A stretch of 64,000 nucleotides of DNA from Corallococcus sp. AB038B (GCF_003668955.1 NZ_RAWO01000002.1:599605-663604), one strand, 5' to 3'. Positions 1-10,071 are shown, counted from the first letter of the stretch. Numbers and translations: made by a program. The notes: generated by a model not told the origin, from the sequence alone.

Positions 1-1212
1 GCCCAGCTGCAGCTTGTCCCAGGCGAAGAAGTCACCCGGACGGCTGCCGATGTCCTTGGTGCCGTCGTTCAGGTACGAGCCGGACGACATGATGGTCCAG
101 AAGCCCGTCCCGTTGTCCGCCGCGTTCGTCGTGTCGTAATGGTCCGGCAGGCCCAGGTCGTGGCCGTACTCGTGCGCGAACACGCCGAGTCCGCCGTTCT
201 CCGGCTGGATGGTGTAGTCGCCCACCCACTTGTCGATGCCCGTCCCGAAGCGCGTGCCGCCATTCTGGTTGTACGCGGGGCCGATGCCGTCCGCGCTCGT
301 GCCGTTGCTGTACGCGAACCAGCGGTGGCTCCACACGGCGTTGGTGCCCTGCGCGCCGCCGCCGACTTCCTCACCCATGCCGGCGTGGACGATCTGGAAG
401 TGGTCGATGTAGCCGTCCGGCTCGTCGAAGTTGCCGTCGCCGTCGTAGTCGTACCGGTCCCACGTGTCGAACGTGTCCAGGTACGCCTTGACCTCCGCGG
501 GCGTCTTGCCAGCGGCCAGCTGGGCGTTGGTCCACGCCTTGATGGCGTCGCTGACGAGCGGCCAGATGGAGTTGGAGCAGCTGGAGCTGCCGCAAAGGTT
601 GTTGCCGTAGCGGGCGGCGTTGTACGGCACCTTCACCCACTCGGACACCGTGCCGGACACGGTGTAGCGGCCGGAGGACGCGGCCTTGTAGAAGTTCGCC
701 ACCGAGTCAGCGCCCGGCGTCGTGTCGAAGTAGAGCTTTTCGAAGTGCTCGCGGTTGTAGTCCGGCTGCCAGATGGTGGTGTTGTCCACCGTGCGGTCCG
801 GGCCCGGAATCGCGTTGTGCAGCGGGCCGGGGATGTTGCCGCCCGGGTTGGTGGCGGGGTTGCCGAACACCGGGTGGATCTGCGTGCCGTACTCCACCAG
901 GATGACGAAGATGCGGTCCGTGCGCTGCAGCTCCAGCTCCACGAACTTGCCGTTGGCCAGCTTCTGCACGCGGCCCGGCTGACCACGACCCTCCAGGCGC
1001 TGCTGCAGCGCCTGGGCCTTGAGCTCCTTCTGCTGCTCACCCAGACGGTGGGGCAGGTCGTCCGTGATGTCCTGGACAACCGCCTGGCGCAGCTTGGTGG
1101 ACGGCGCGGCGACATCGGGTTGCGGCTTCTCGTACCACGCGCGCTCCGCGTACGCCGACGGCGCCGCGAGCGTCAGCAGGCCCAGGGCCAGCCAAGATGG
1201 GTTTTTCCGCAT
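1..1212 (-). CDS. M6-family (immune inhibitor A-like) zinc metalloprotease, partial; the C-terminus lies beyond the window start
   Basis: Manual reverse-complement translation from the ATG at 1212 gives MRKNPSWLALGLLTLAAPSAYA (signal peptide) followed by VFAHEYGHDLGLPDHY, a HExxH zinc site. The ORF track omits it because it runs off the window edge. The plus-strand ORF 139..1272 is the antisense artefact of this gene. Confidence 0.8.
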   Translation of the reverse strand, partial: MRKNPSWLALGLLTLAAPSAYAERAWYEKPQPDVAAPSTKLRQAVVQDITDDLPHRLGEQQKELKAQALQQRLEGRGQPGRVQKLANGKFVELELQRTDRIFVILVEYGTQIHPVFGNPATNPGGNIPGPLHNAIPGPDRTVDNTTIWQPDYNREHFEKLYFDTTPGADSVANFYKAASSGRYTVSGTVSEWVKVPYNAARYGNNLCGSSSCSNSIWPLVSDAIKAWTNAQLAAGKTPAEVKAYLDTFDTWDRYDYDGDGNFDEPDGYIDHFQIVHAGMGEEVGGGAQGTNAVWSHRWFAYSNGTSADGIGPAYNQNGGTRFGTGIDKWVGDYTIQPENGGLGVFAHEYGHDLGLPDHYDTTNAADNGTGFWTIMSSGSYLNDGTKDIGSRPGDFFAWDKLQLG

Positions 1213-1413
1213 TGCCACTCCTTTGGGTCAGGTCAGACATCCCGGCGGGGTCCGGGAGTGCCCACTTTCTAGTGGAAGGCCTGACCGTTTGGGAAGACCG
1301 GGAGGTTGAATTTTTCCTGCAAGGACGGAGTGGGTCATCCGTCGGCTGGCGGTCGAAAATTCGAGAATGGGTAGGGGCGGTGGGGGGCCAAAGGACTACG
1401 GTTCCGGTCCGTT

Positions 1414-4083
1414 ATGGCGCGTTCACGTCCCGTGGATCCCCCGCTGCGGCGGGATGTCCGGCTCTTGGGCCGGTTGTTGGGTGAGGTGTTGGTGGAACAG
1501 GAGGGGCAGGCCCTGTTCGACAAGGAGGAGGAGGTCCGCCACCTGGCCATCCAGCGGCGGCGGGGCCCGGTGGCCGGACGACGCGCCGCGGCGGCGGAGC
1601 TGGCGGCGGTGTTGCGGCGGCTGCCGTCGGAACAGGTGGAGCCGGTGCTGCGCTCCTTCTCCGTCTACTTCCAGCTGGTCAACCTTGCTGAGCAGCACCA
1701 CCGCATCCGCCGCGCGCGGGCCCACGCGAGCCCCACCTCCACCCGGCCCCAGAAGGGGTCGCTGGAGTCGACGCTGCTGGCGCTGAAGGCCGCGGGCGTC
1801 AGCGCCGACAAGGTGCGTGAAACGCTGGGGACGCTGAAGGTGACGCTGACGTTCACCGCGCACCCGACCCAGGCGGTGCGCCGCACGCTCTTGGAGAAGC
1901 TCTACCGGCTGGCGCAGCTGTTGGAGGAGCGCGACCGGTGCACGCTCACCCCGCGCGAGTCCGCCGCGAACCTCACCGCCATGCGCGAGGAGATCACGGC
2001 GCTGTGGCAGACGGACGAGCTGCGCCGAGAGCGCCCCACCGTGGGCGACGAGGTGAAGAACGTCCACTGGTACGTGGAGGAGATGCTGTCGGAGCCGGTG
2101 GCCCGCCTGCCGGAGGCGCTGGACTGGGCCTTCGAGCGTGCCTACGGCGAGCCCCTGGGCGCGCTGGACACGCCCGTGCGCGTGCACTCGTGGGTGGGCG
2201 GCGACATGGACGGCAACCCGCTGGTGACTCCGGAGGTGTTCGCGGACACGCTGCGCGCGCACCGCGCCCGGGGCCTGCGGTTGCTCCTGCGAGACGTGGA
2301 GCTGCTGGGCGGGATGCTGTCCCAGTCGGAGCGGCACGCGCGCCCCACGCAGGAGTTGGAGCGCTCGCTGGAGGAGGACGCGAAGGCGCTGCCGGACGTG
2401 GCGAAGCAGCAGGGCCCGCGCACGCTGGGCGAGCCGTGGCGCCGCAAGCTGCGCTTCATGGAGGAGCGGCTTTCCTTGGCGCTGGAGCACGTGCTGGCGC
2501 GGCGGCAGGGGCGGGAGTCCACGCTGCCGGCCGAAGCCTACCGCTCGCCGGAGGCGCTGGGGGATGACCTGGCGGTGCTGGAGCGGTCGCTCTTCGCGGC
2601 GCGCGCGGAGCACGCGGGCCTGCGCGAGGTGCGCCGCATGTCCGAGCGCGTCCGCGCGCTGGGCCTGGGCCTGGGCGAGTTGGAGGTGCGCGCCCCCGCG
2701 GAGGACGCGGTGAGCGCGGCGGCGTCCTTCAACGGCGGACCGGCTCCCACCGAAGGCGGCAAGCGGCTGCTGGAGGTGCTGGCGAAGCTGCGCGAGGGCC
2801 AGGACGAGGGCGGCGAGTCCGTGTGTCGCACGCTCATCCTCTCCATGGCCTCCACCGCGGACGACGTGCTGGCGGCCTTCCAGTGCCTGAAGCACGCGGG
2901 GCTCTGGGACCCGAAGCTCCAGTGCGCCACCGTGGACGTGGCGCCCCTCTTCGAGCAGCTGGGCGCGCTGGACGGAGGCCCGGACGTGCTGCGCCAGCTC
3001 TTCGCGCATCCGGAGTACCGCCAGCACCTGAAGGGCCGTGGGGTGCAGGAGGTGATGGTGGGCTACAGCGACTCCGGCAAGGAGGTGGGCCTGCTCGCCG
3101 CGAGCGCCGCGCTGTACCGCGCCCAGGTGGCGCTCACGCAGGTGGCGGACGAGAACGACGTGCCCCTGCGCCTGTTCCACGGCCGAGGGGAGACGGTGGC
3201 GCGCGGCGGCGGCCCCGCCCAGACGGCCATCCTCGCGCTGCCGCCGGGCACGGTGGCCGGCGCCTACAAGGCCACCGAACAGGGCGAGGCGATGGACCAC
3301 AAGTACGCGCGCCCGGAGCTCACCCAGCGCACGCTGGAGCTGGTGGTGGGCGGCGTGCTGCTGCACACGCTGGACGCGCAGCCGCGCCCCTCCCCGGAAG
3401 ACGAGTCCGCCTTCCGCGCCGCCTTCGACGCGCTGGCGGAGTCCGGCCGCAAGGCGTACCGCGGGCTCGTCTGGGAGGACCCGGGCTTCGTGGAGTTCTT
3501 CATGAAGGGCACGCCGGTGGACGAGATTTCCGCGCTGCCCATCGGCTCGCGCCCCAGCAAGCGCAAGGCGGGCGGGCTGGACACGCTGCGCGCCATCCCC
3601 TGGAGCTTCGCGTGGACGCAGACGCGCGCCATCCTCCCGGCCTGGTACGGCGTGGGCAGCGCGCTGGAGGAGTACGCGGCCACGCCGGAGGGCGCGGCGC
3701 TCCTGCAGCGCATGTACAAGGAGTGGCCCTTCTTCCGCACGGTCATCGACAACGTGACCATGGTGCTGGCCAAGACGGACATGGCCATCGCGGCGCGGTA
3801 CGCGAAGCTGGCGCCCGCGTCCACGCGGCCCCTGTGGCTGCGCATCCAGCAGGAGCACTCCCGCACGCGCCGCGCGGTGAAGTCGCTCACGGGCGAGGCG
3901 AAGCTGCTGGACAACAACCCGCAGCTGCAGCGGAGCATCGCGCTGCGCAACCCCTACGTGGACCCCATGTCCTTCCTCCAGGTGGAGCTGCTCAAGCGCA
4001 AGCGGGACGGGGACGCGGAGTGCGACCGGCCGCTCCTCCTGGCGCTCAACGGCATCGCTGCGGGCATGCGGAACACCGGTTAG
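1414..4083 (+). CDS. ppc: Phosphoenolpyruvate carboxylase
   Basis: 889 aa. Carries the PEPC signatures VGYSDSGKE and FHGRGETVARGGGP, the C-terminal LNGIAAGMRNTG, and the TAHPT motif. Confidence 0.95.
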   Translation: MARSRPVDPPLRRDVRLLGRLLGEVLVEQEGQALFDKEEEVRHLAIQRRRGPVAGRRAAAAELAAVLRRLPSEQVEPVLRSFSVYFQLVNLAEQHHRIRRARAHASPTSTRPQKGSLESTLLALKAAGVSADKVRETLGTLKVTLTFTAHPTQAVRRTLLEKLYRLAQLLEERDRCTLTPRESAANLTAMREEITALWQTDELRRERPTVGDEVKNVHWYVEEMLSEPVARLPEALDWAFERAYGEPLGALDTPVRVHSWVGGDMDGNPLVTPEVFADTLRAHRARGLRLLLRDVELLGGMLSQSERHARPTQELERSLEEDAKALPDVAKQQGPRTLGEPWRRKLRFMEERLSLALEHVLARRQGRESTLPAEAYRSPEALGDDLAVLERSLFAARAEHAGLREVRRMSERVRALGLGLGELEVRAPAEDAVSAAASFNGGPAPTEGGKRLLEVLAKLREGQDEGGESVCRTLILSMASTADDVLAAFQCLKHAGLWDPKLQCATVDVAPLFEQLGALDGGPDVLRQLFAHPEYRQHLKGRGVQEVMVGYSDSGKEVGLLAASAALYRAQVALTQVADENDVPLRLFHGRGETVARGGGPAQTAILALPPGTVAGAYKATEQGEAMDHKYARPELTQRTLELVVGGVLLHTLDAQPRPSPEDESAFRAAFDALAESGRKAYRGLVWEDPGFVEFFMKGTPVDEISALPIGSRPSKRKAGGLDTLRAIPWSFAWTQTRAILPAWYGVGSALEEYAATPEGAALLQRMYKEWPFFRTVIDNVTMVLAKTDMAIAARYAKLAPASTRPLWLRIQQEHSRTRRAVKSLTGEAKLLDNNPQLQRSIALRNPYVDPMSFLQVELLKRKRDGDAECDRPLLLALNGIAAGMRNTG

Positions 4084-4093
4084 AGAAGAGACC

Positions 4094-4816
4094 ATGGCCC
4101 AGGACACGTTCGTCGTGGAGGAGATCAACCCCAAGTACGGCTTCGCGCGCGTGCGCCCGGAAGAGGGGACGGGGTTGCTGCACACCGCTCTCTATCCGGA
4201 TCCGGAGTTCACTCAGGCTCCGCCCTTCCAACTGCGCAAGGGGGACCGGGTGACGGGCCTTCGCCGGGGAGAGACGGTGTCGGAGGTGTCCTGGCTCACG
4301 CGCGTGGAGCCACCCTGGGAGGAGGTGGAGCGCGTGGCGGAGCTGCTCGCGCTGCTGGAGCGCTGGGAGATCCGCATCCCCCACGAGGCCCGCGTCCTGG
4401 CCGAGCACGCCTGGCGCGACAGCAAGGACAACCCGCTGCGCGACGAGCTCCAGGCGCAGCTGCCCACCTTCTTCGACCTGGAGGGCGCTCACCCCTTCGA
4501 GGACCCGACGCTGCTGGAGCGCCTGTCCGCCGCCATGCAGCCGTACCTGCCGGGGTTCGTCATCCAGCCGGTGCAGGGCCAGCCCGCGGTGCGCGTGGAG
4601 CCCGGCGCCGTGGAGGTCCAGGCCGGCGTGGGGAGCTGGGACGTGCCCCAGCCCACCTTCGTCCCGATGATCGCGGAGGTGAACGCGCGGCTCGCCGCCG
4701 CCGGCGCCCCCGTGCGCTGGGTGCCCACGCGCGAGGACTGGATGCTCGCGCCGCCCGCGCTGGCCACGCTCCTCCAGAAGCACGGACTGCTCGAAGCCAC
4801 CGCGCCCCCCGCTTGA
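4094..4816 (+). CDS. Hypothetical protein (no recognisable domain)
   Basis: Starts 11 nt after the ppc stop, behind a gagaagagacc RBS-like stretch. Codon usage is coherent and third-position GC is high. Confidence 0.55.
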   Translation: MAQDTFVVEEINPKYGFARVRPEEGTGLLHTALYPDPEFTQAPPFQLRKGDRVTGLRRGETVSEVSWLTRVEPPWEEVERVAELLALLERWEIRIPHEARVLAEHAWRDSKDNPLRDELQAQLPTFFDLEGAHPFEDPTLLERLSAAMQPYLPGFVIQPVQGQPAVRVEPGAVEVQAGVGSWDVPQPTFVPMIAEVNARLAAAGAPVRWVPTREDWMLAPPALATLLQKHGLLEATAPPA

Positions 4817-4893
4817 GGGAGGGGGCTCCCGCCGCGCTGTGTCACAAGGCGGTGTGAGGTCAAAGCATTGTCTGGTACAGGACGGAGACCCTC

Positions 4894-6804
4894 ATGCGTC
4901 TCCGTCACTTCGCGTCCTTCGTCCTGGGTCTCCTCCTCTTCGCAGGGGCCGGCTGTGAGCCCGCTCCCGAGCGGCGGCTGAATGAGGCCGAGCTTCCACC
5001 GCCCTCGGGGCCTCGCGTCACCATCGACGGGCACGAACCGGACACGCACCGGCTGTTCGGCACGGTGGCGAGCGACGCCGGGCCGTCACGGGTGCAGGTG
5101 TACGAGGACGGGCGCTTCCTGGGCCATGCCGACATCGACAGTGGCCGCTGGAGCCTGCCCTGGTGGCCGGGCCGGCGTGCGCTGTCGCTGGAGGTGGTGG
5201 CGCGCGACAGGCAGGGCGCCGAGGCGCGGGCCCGCGTCGACTTCCAGCACCTGACGTTCGACGCGCGGCCCGGGCTCTATCAACCGGAGACGCTGCTGGC
5301 GTTGCCCACGGCCCAGGGGTTGCGGACGTACTTCACGCGGGACGGCTCCACGCCCACGCCCGAGTCGTCGCGCTACACGGCCCCCATCGCGCTGCTGGCG
5401 CGCTCCACGCCGCCGGCGCGGTGGTCCTTCGTCCCCACGACGCCGCGGGATGCCCCGGAAGTCCTACGGTGGGTCGCGCCGCTGGAGGAGCCGCCCCAGG
5501 TCGCGGTGGTGCGCTACCGGCAGTTCGCGGGCGCGGAGCCGGTGGGCCCGGTCCGCACGCGCACATTCGTCGTTGGCCGGGCGCCGTACACGCTGCCGGT
5601 GCTGTCGCTCGTCACCGACGCTGCGAACTTCTTCGACCCGGAGACGGGCATCTACGTCCCTGGGCTCGCCGCCGAGGCCTGGCCCGATGATCCGCTCGCC
5701 GCCAACTACATGCAGAACGGCAAGGAGTGGGAGCGCCCCGTCCACGTGGAGTGGTTCGAAACCTCCGGCCATCGCGTGTTCGACCAGGACGCGGGCGTGC
5801 GCATCCACGGCACTGGCAGCGCGGTGATGCCGATGAAGAGCCTGCGGCTGTACGCGAAGGAGGACTACGGCCCGAAGTCATTCGCGGGGCCGGTGTTCCC
5901 CGGCTCCCCGGTGACGGAGTTCACCCGGCTGCTCGTGCGCACGTCCGGACAGGACCAGGGCGTCACCAAACTGCGCGACTGCCTGTTGCAGGGCCTGCTG
6001 GCCGAGACCCAACTCGCGCTCCAGGCCTGCCGTCCCACGCTCGTGTTCCTCAATGGCGAGTACTGGGGCCTGCACGAACTGCGCGAGCGTCTGGACGAGT
6101 ACTACCTGGCGTCGCACTACGGCGTGGACCGCAAGAAGGCAGTCATCCTGGAGAGCTACGGCGTCCTCGACGTGGGGGAGGAGGGGGACGAGCAGCCCTA
6201 TCAGGAGCTCATCGACTACGTGGCGACGCACGACCTGTCGGTGCCGGAGCACTACGCCTGGGTGAGCGCGCGGATGGACGTGGAGGACTTCATCGACTAC
6301 CAGGTCGCGGAACTCTACCTGGGCAACACGGACTGGCCGCAGAACAACGTGAAGTTCTGGCGGCTGCGCACGAAGAAGCTGGAGCCGGACGCGCCCCGTG
6401 GACACGACGGTCGCTGGCGCTGGCTCGTGTACGACCTGGACGTCGCCCTGGTCCACGGTCCGGACCAGGACAGCCTGGGGCGCGTGCTGGACGCCCGGTC
6501 GGAGGTGGCGGCCTGGTCCACGCAGCTCTTGAGGGGGCTGCTCCAGTCGCCGGAGTTCAAGGCCCGCTTCGTCGAGCGCTTCCTCTGGCACACCGAGCAC
6601 ACCTTCGCCGAGGAGCGGGTGACGGCGGCCCTGGACGCGGCGGCGGAGGCGCTCGAGTTGGAGATGCCCGACCAGGTGGCGCGCTGGAGTCAGCCGGCCT
6701 CCATGCCGGGCTGGCGCGCGAACCTCCTGAACTTCCGGTCAGCGCTGATCCGGCGGCCGGCAATCATGCGCCAGCAACTGGAGCAGTACCTGGGGCCTCA
6801 GTAG
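4894..6804 (+). CDS. CotH-kinase-family lipoprotein with an N-terminal Ig/chitobiase-like region
   Basis: Lipobox LLFAGAGC. Contains a CotH-like LNGEYWGLHELRERLDEYY core. Size (636 aa) is consistent with the family. Confidence 0.6.
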   Translation: MRLRHFASFVLGLLLFAGAGCEPAPERRLNEAELPPPSGPRVTIDGHEPDTHRLFGTVASDAGPSRVQVYEDGRFLGHADIDSGRWSLPWWPGRRALSLEVVARDRQGAEARARVDFQHLTFDARPGLYQPETLLALPTAQGLRTYFTRDGSTPTPESSRYTAPIALLARSTPPARWSFVPTTPRDAPEVLRWVAPLEEPPQVAVVRYRQFAGAEPVGPVRTRTFVVGRAPYTLPVLSLVTDAANFFDPETGIYVPGLAAEAWPDDPLAANYMQNGKEWERPVHVEWFETSGHRVFDQDAGVRIHGTGSAVMPMKSLRLYAKEDYGPKSFAGPVFPGSPVTEFTRLLVRTSGQDQGVTKLRDCLLQGLLAETQLALQACRPTLVFLNGEYWGLHELRERLDEYYLASHYGVDRKKAVILESYGVLDVGEEGDEQPYQELIDYVATHDLSVPEHYAWVSARMDVEDFIDYQVAELYLGNTDWPQNNVKFWRLRTKKLEPDAPRGHDGRWRWLVYDLDVALVHGPDQDSLGRVLDARSEVAAWSTQLLRGLLQSPEFKARFVERFLWHTEHTFAEERVTAALDAAAEALELEMPDQVARWSQPASMPGWRANLLNFRSALIRRPAIMRQQLEQYLGPQ

Positions 6805-7163
6805 CCGTAGGAACCGCTGCGCACGTCCACCAGCCGGCCGTCACGGAAGATGGCCACCTGGATCAACCGGTGGGGCCCGAAGTTGTAGGTCCACTCCTCC
6901 ACGGTCGTGGAGGTCGTGACCTCCGTGGAGGCCTCCCCGTAGCGCGTCTCACCCCGCGCCCCTTCCTTGACCTTGTGGGTCACGTACTCCGTCTTGCTCT
7001 GCTTCGCCACGGGCTGCCCACACTTGGCCAGCGCGTCCACCTGCGAAGCTCCTTCCGACACGATCTTGTTGTCACAGCGCAGCGCGGACGCGTGGACGAG
7101 GGAGGGCAGGGCGAGGCCGGCGACGACGAGGGCGGCGGGAAGGGCGGCGGGAAGGGCGCGCAT
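6798..7163 (-). CDS. Small secreted DUF2845-like protein, tandem copy A
   Basis: 121 aa: MRALPAALPAALVVAGLALPSLVHA signal peptide and two Cys (RCDNK…AKCGQP). Start ATG verified at complement 7161-7163. The long ORF called upstream is only leader sequence. Confidence 0.65.
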   Translation of the reverse strand: MRALPAALPAALVVAGLALPSLVHASALRCDNKIVSEGASQVDALAKCGQPVAKQSKTEYVTHKVKEGARGETRYGEASTEVTTSTTVEEWTYNFGPHRLIQVAIFRDGRLVDVRSGSYGY

Positions 7164-7243
7164 GGGGGACGCTCCGAGGAGGAGAAAAGGCAGGGAACAC
7201 GGCCTGGACGCAGCGGCCCCGAAGCTATTCAACCGCTCTGGAC

Positions 7244-7597
7244 TCAGTAGCCGTAGCCGCCGCTGCGCACGTCCACCAGCAGGCCGTCGCGGAAGATGGC
7301 CACCTGCAACAGCCGGTTGGGCCCGAAGTTGTAGGTCCACTCCTCCACGCTGCTCGAGGTCGAAACCTCCGTGGACGAATCCCCGCGGCGCGACCCGTCC
7401 CGCCTGCCTTCCCGGGACTTGTTGGTCACGCGCTCGCGCTTGGTCTCGGTCGACACGGGCTGGCCACACTTGGCCACCGCGTCCGTTTGCGACGCCCCCT
7501 CCGACACGAGCTTGTTGCCACACCGCAGCGACGCCGCGTGGGCGAGCGAGGGCAGGGCAATGCAGGCGACGACGAGGGCGGTGGGAAGGGCGCGCAT
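7244..7597 (-). CDS. Small secreted DUF2845-like protein, tandem copy B (paralogue of copy A)
   Basis: 117 aa, about 80% identical to copy A (MRALPTALVVACIALPSLAHA…EEWTYNFGPNRLLQVAIFRDG). ATG at complement 7595-7597. Confidence 0.65.
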   Translation of the reverse strand: MRALPTALVVACIALPSLAHAASLRCGNKLVSEGASQTDAVAKCGQPVSTETKRERVTNKSREGRRDGSRRGDSSTEVSTSSSVEEWTYNFGPNRLLQVAIFRDGLLVDVRSGGYGY

Positions 7598-7686
7598 GGG
7601 GGAAAGCTCCGGGAGTTGTGAAAGACGGGAACACCGCCTGGACGCAACGCCCGCGAACCTATTCAAACCCTCCGTGCGCTTTCCAG

Positions 7687-8964
7687 CTACAGCCCGCCCT
7701 TCGCCTTGAGGGTCCGCGCCGCCTCGTCCGCCATGACCCGGTGGCCTTCCACGGACGGGTGGATGCCGTCCACCTCCAGTCCGTCGATGAAGAGGTCCAC
7801 GTTGCCCGGCTGCCGCGTCACGGCCTCCAGGTCGATGATCTGCGCGCGCGTCAGGGAGCGCAGCCACGCGTTGAACTCGTGGCGCTGGGCCTTCATCAGA
7901 TCGAAGTCACCGCCGTCCGCGCCCATCTTCTCCTTGGGCAGCAGCGTGCTGACCCACAGCTTGCACATGGGCTGGAGCTGATCCAGCAGCTGCGTCATGC
8001 GCTGCTGCAGCTTCGGCACCGTCATGCCCTCCGCGGCCAGGTCGTTGACGCCCAAGAGGACGACGCAGTCGGTGACGCCCTGCAGGGAGAGCACCTCTTG
8101 CGGCAGCTGGAGGTTCGCGTCCCAGAAGCCCTGCCCGGACGCGCCCGAGTTCACCACCGGCACCCCGAGCTGCTTCTCCACACGCGATGGCCACGCGTTG
8201 CGCGTGTCGTTCCACGTGCCCGTGTAGCCCTCGGTGATGCTGTCTCCAATGGCGACGAAGGCCCGGCCCGGCGCGCCTTCCACGTCCACCGTCGCCACGC
8301 CCGTGGCGTATTCCCAGGCCTGGCCGCCCAGCACGCCCTGCGTCGTCGCGAAGGCTCCGGTCCTCATCCAGCTGTCCGGGAACGCCTGGATGCGGCTCTT
8401 GCCCAGCGCACCCTTCACCTCGAAGGAGATGGCCACCTCGTCGCGGAAGCCCACCGGGAAGGCGATGGGATCCGACGTCACCAGCGTGCGCGTGCCCGTG
8501 GTGAAGCCCGCTTGTCCGCCGAAGGTGAGCGCCACCGGCGCGGAGCCCAGCGCGCCACTGGCGCCAGCCTTCGCCACCGTGGCCCGTTGCAGCGTCAGTC
8601 CGCCGTCGCCGGAGCGGAAGGTGACGCGCACGCGGCTGCCCGCGCGCCCCAGGGGCACCTTGATCCGGTACGTGGTGAAGCTCCCCACGGAGACGGATTC
8701 GCGCAGCGACTGATGGAAGGCGGGCTGGAACTGCGTGGGCAGGGGCGCCACGGGCGGAGTGGCCTGCACCTGGTGCCCATCGTGCAGCGTCAGCGTGGGG
8801 GCGGCCTCCACGGACTCCGTGGCGGCGGGCGCGTTCACCTCCGCGTCCGTGCGGCCCGGCCCGGAGGACTCCTCGGGCGAGCGGCCGTCATCCATGCCTC
8901 CACACCCCACCAGCACGCTCAGGGCACCGAAACACCCCCAGCGCAGCGCCATCCTCAGACCCAT
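7687..8964 (-). CDS. SGNH/GDSL-family hydrolase lipoprotein
   Basis: GDS block FVAIGDSITEGY, then NSGASGQG. Lipobox LSVLVGC. The start could be 8997, 8964 or 8952. Confidence 0.75.
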   Translation of the reverse strand: MGLRMALRWGCFGALSVLVGCGGMDDGRSPEESSGPGRTDAEVNAPAATESVEAAPTLTLHDGHQVQATPPVAPLPTQFQPAFHQSLRESVSVGSFTTYRIKVPLGRAGSRVRVTFRSGDGGLTLQRATVAKAGASGALGSAPVALTFGGQAGFTTGTRTLVTSDPIAFPVGFRDEVAISFEVKGALGKSRIQAFPDSWMRTGAFATTQGVLGGQAWEYATGVATVDVEGAPGRAFVAIGDSITEGYTGTWNDTRNAWPSRVEKQLGVPVVNSGASGQGFWDANLQLPQEVLSLQGVTDCVVLLGVNDLAAEGMTVPKLQQRMTQLLDQLQPMCKLWVSTLLPKEKMGADGGDFDLMKAQRHEFNAWLRSLTRAQIIDLEAVTRQPGNVDLFIDGLEVDGIHPSVEGHRVMADEAARTLKAKGGL

Positions 8965-9180
8965 GCCCACGACCTCCCGGCGCAAGACAATGTGCACGAT
9001 GTGCCCGCGTGGCGACCCGGGGATTCATGGCGCGAGCCAATCGCCACGGGCCGTGAACTTCCAACAGCCGGGCACGGACGGCGCAGGACTTCCCCCACGA
9101 GGTGGCGGGCCGGGCCCCTGGAGGACCCGCGCGCTCGCCACCCCGGGTGGAGAAGCTTCCTTCCGTGGGCAATCCGTTGC

Positions 9181-10071
9181 CTACGGGACGCAGGCCCCCA
9201 CGTCGCCGTTGTTGTTGATGGGCCGGCAGGTCACGCCGTTCGCGCACCCGGGTGAGCCCGCGGGCGTGCGGCACAGCGTCCGGCACGTGCCGCTGCCGTC
9301 GGCCATCACGCAGGTGCTCCCCCGTGAACACTGGTTGCTGAACTCGCACGAGGCGCCTTCCGCCAGCGCCCCCTGGCCCGCGCACACCGGGCCGTTGGCG
9401 GCGGGGTAGCAGCCCAGCGGGCTCTCGCAGTCCTGCGCGAACGCATCGCAGCTCGTGGACGCGGGGCCACACACCAGCGGCAGCTCTCGCGTGCCGTTCA
9501 GCCGCAGCACGGTGTTGCACTCGCCGGAGCCACAGTCGGACGGCGCGTGGCACAGCTTGCGGCAGAAGAACCCCGTGCCGCCGTCGTCCTGCGACGCGTC
9601 CTTGCAGTACAGGCCCGCAGCGCACGTGTCATACGTCTGGCCTGGAGGCGACTCGGCCAACGTGCACGGCGCGCCCTCTGTGGCGGTGCCCGCGGCGACG
9701 CACTGGCGCGCGGTGGTGCCTCCGTCCGTTCCCACGTAGGTGCACCGCTGTCCGGACGGACAGTCCTGGCGGACCACGTCGCACGCGGCCGCGAAGCACT
9801 GACTGCCCGTGCCGCCATCCGCCAGGTCCGTGTAGAGACAGCTCTGGCCCGCGGCGCAGCCCTCCTGCTTCGCCACGTTGCACGCGAAGTCGGAGCTTCC
9901 ACCGCCGCCGCCATCGCCAGCATCGACAGTCCCGGAATCTCCGCCATCGGTCCCGGAATCCAGGGACGTGCCCCCATCCGTTGGCGGGCGGACAGTTTCT
10001 CCGTCATCGCAGCCCGCCACCCACAGCCCCAACATCAGGGCTCCACCCAACAACACGAGACGTGCACTCAT
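9181..10071 (-). CDS. Cysteine-rich secreted lipoprotein (myxobacterial Cys-repeat type)
   Basis: Lipobox LWVAGC, a Gly/Asp-rich linker, then about 30 Cys in repeated C-x-G-x-C-type modules. Confidence 0.7.
   Translation of the reverse strand: MSARLVLLGGALMLGLWVAGCDDGETVRPPTDGGTSLDSGTDGGDSGTVDAGDGGGGGSSDFACNVAKQEGCAAGQSCLYTDLADGGTGSQCFAAACDVVRQDCPSGQRCTYVGTDGGTTARQCVAAGTATEGAPCTLAESPPGQTYDTCAAGLYCKDASQDDGGTGFFCRKLCHAPSDCGSGECNTVLRLNGTRELPLVCGPASTSCDAFAQDCESPLGCYPAANGPVCAGQGALAEGASCEFSNQCSRGSTCVMADGSGTCRTLCRTPAGSPGCANGVTCRPINNNGDVGACVP

Larger units (their letters stand above)
6797..7690. repeat. Direct tandem duplication of two ~445-bp units, each carrying a small-protein gene plus its leader/promoter
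   Basis: Unit 1 (~6797-7243) and unit 2 (~7243-7690) align at nucleotide level, including the upstream gggaacacSgcctggacgca leader. Copy A has an extra internal 12-bp duplication (ggcggcgggaag ×2) that encodes LPAALPAAL. Confidence 0.8.

Noticed and set aside
139-1272. 377-aa plus-strand ORF at the left edge
   Set aside because: The composition is Arg/Val/Ala-rich with no domains. It is antisense to a clearly real M6 metalloprotease gene (HEYGHD motif) on the minus strand.
1423-4185. 920-aa minus-strand ORF antisense to ppc; similar long antisense ORFs at 10641-12281, 15247-17946, 18950-21580, 23678-25657, 28084-31842, 40558-42003 and 47782-50943
   Set aside because: Stop-codon depletion in ~70% GC DNA creates long open frames. 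The translations are low-complexity (R/A/G/H-rich). They oppose genes with strong domain signatures and high GC3 in the sense frame.
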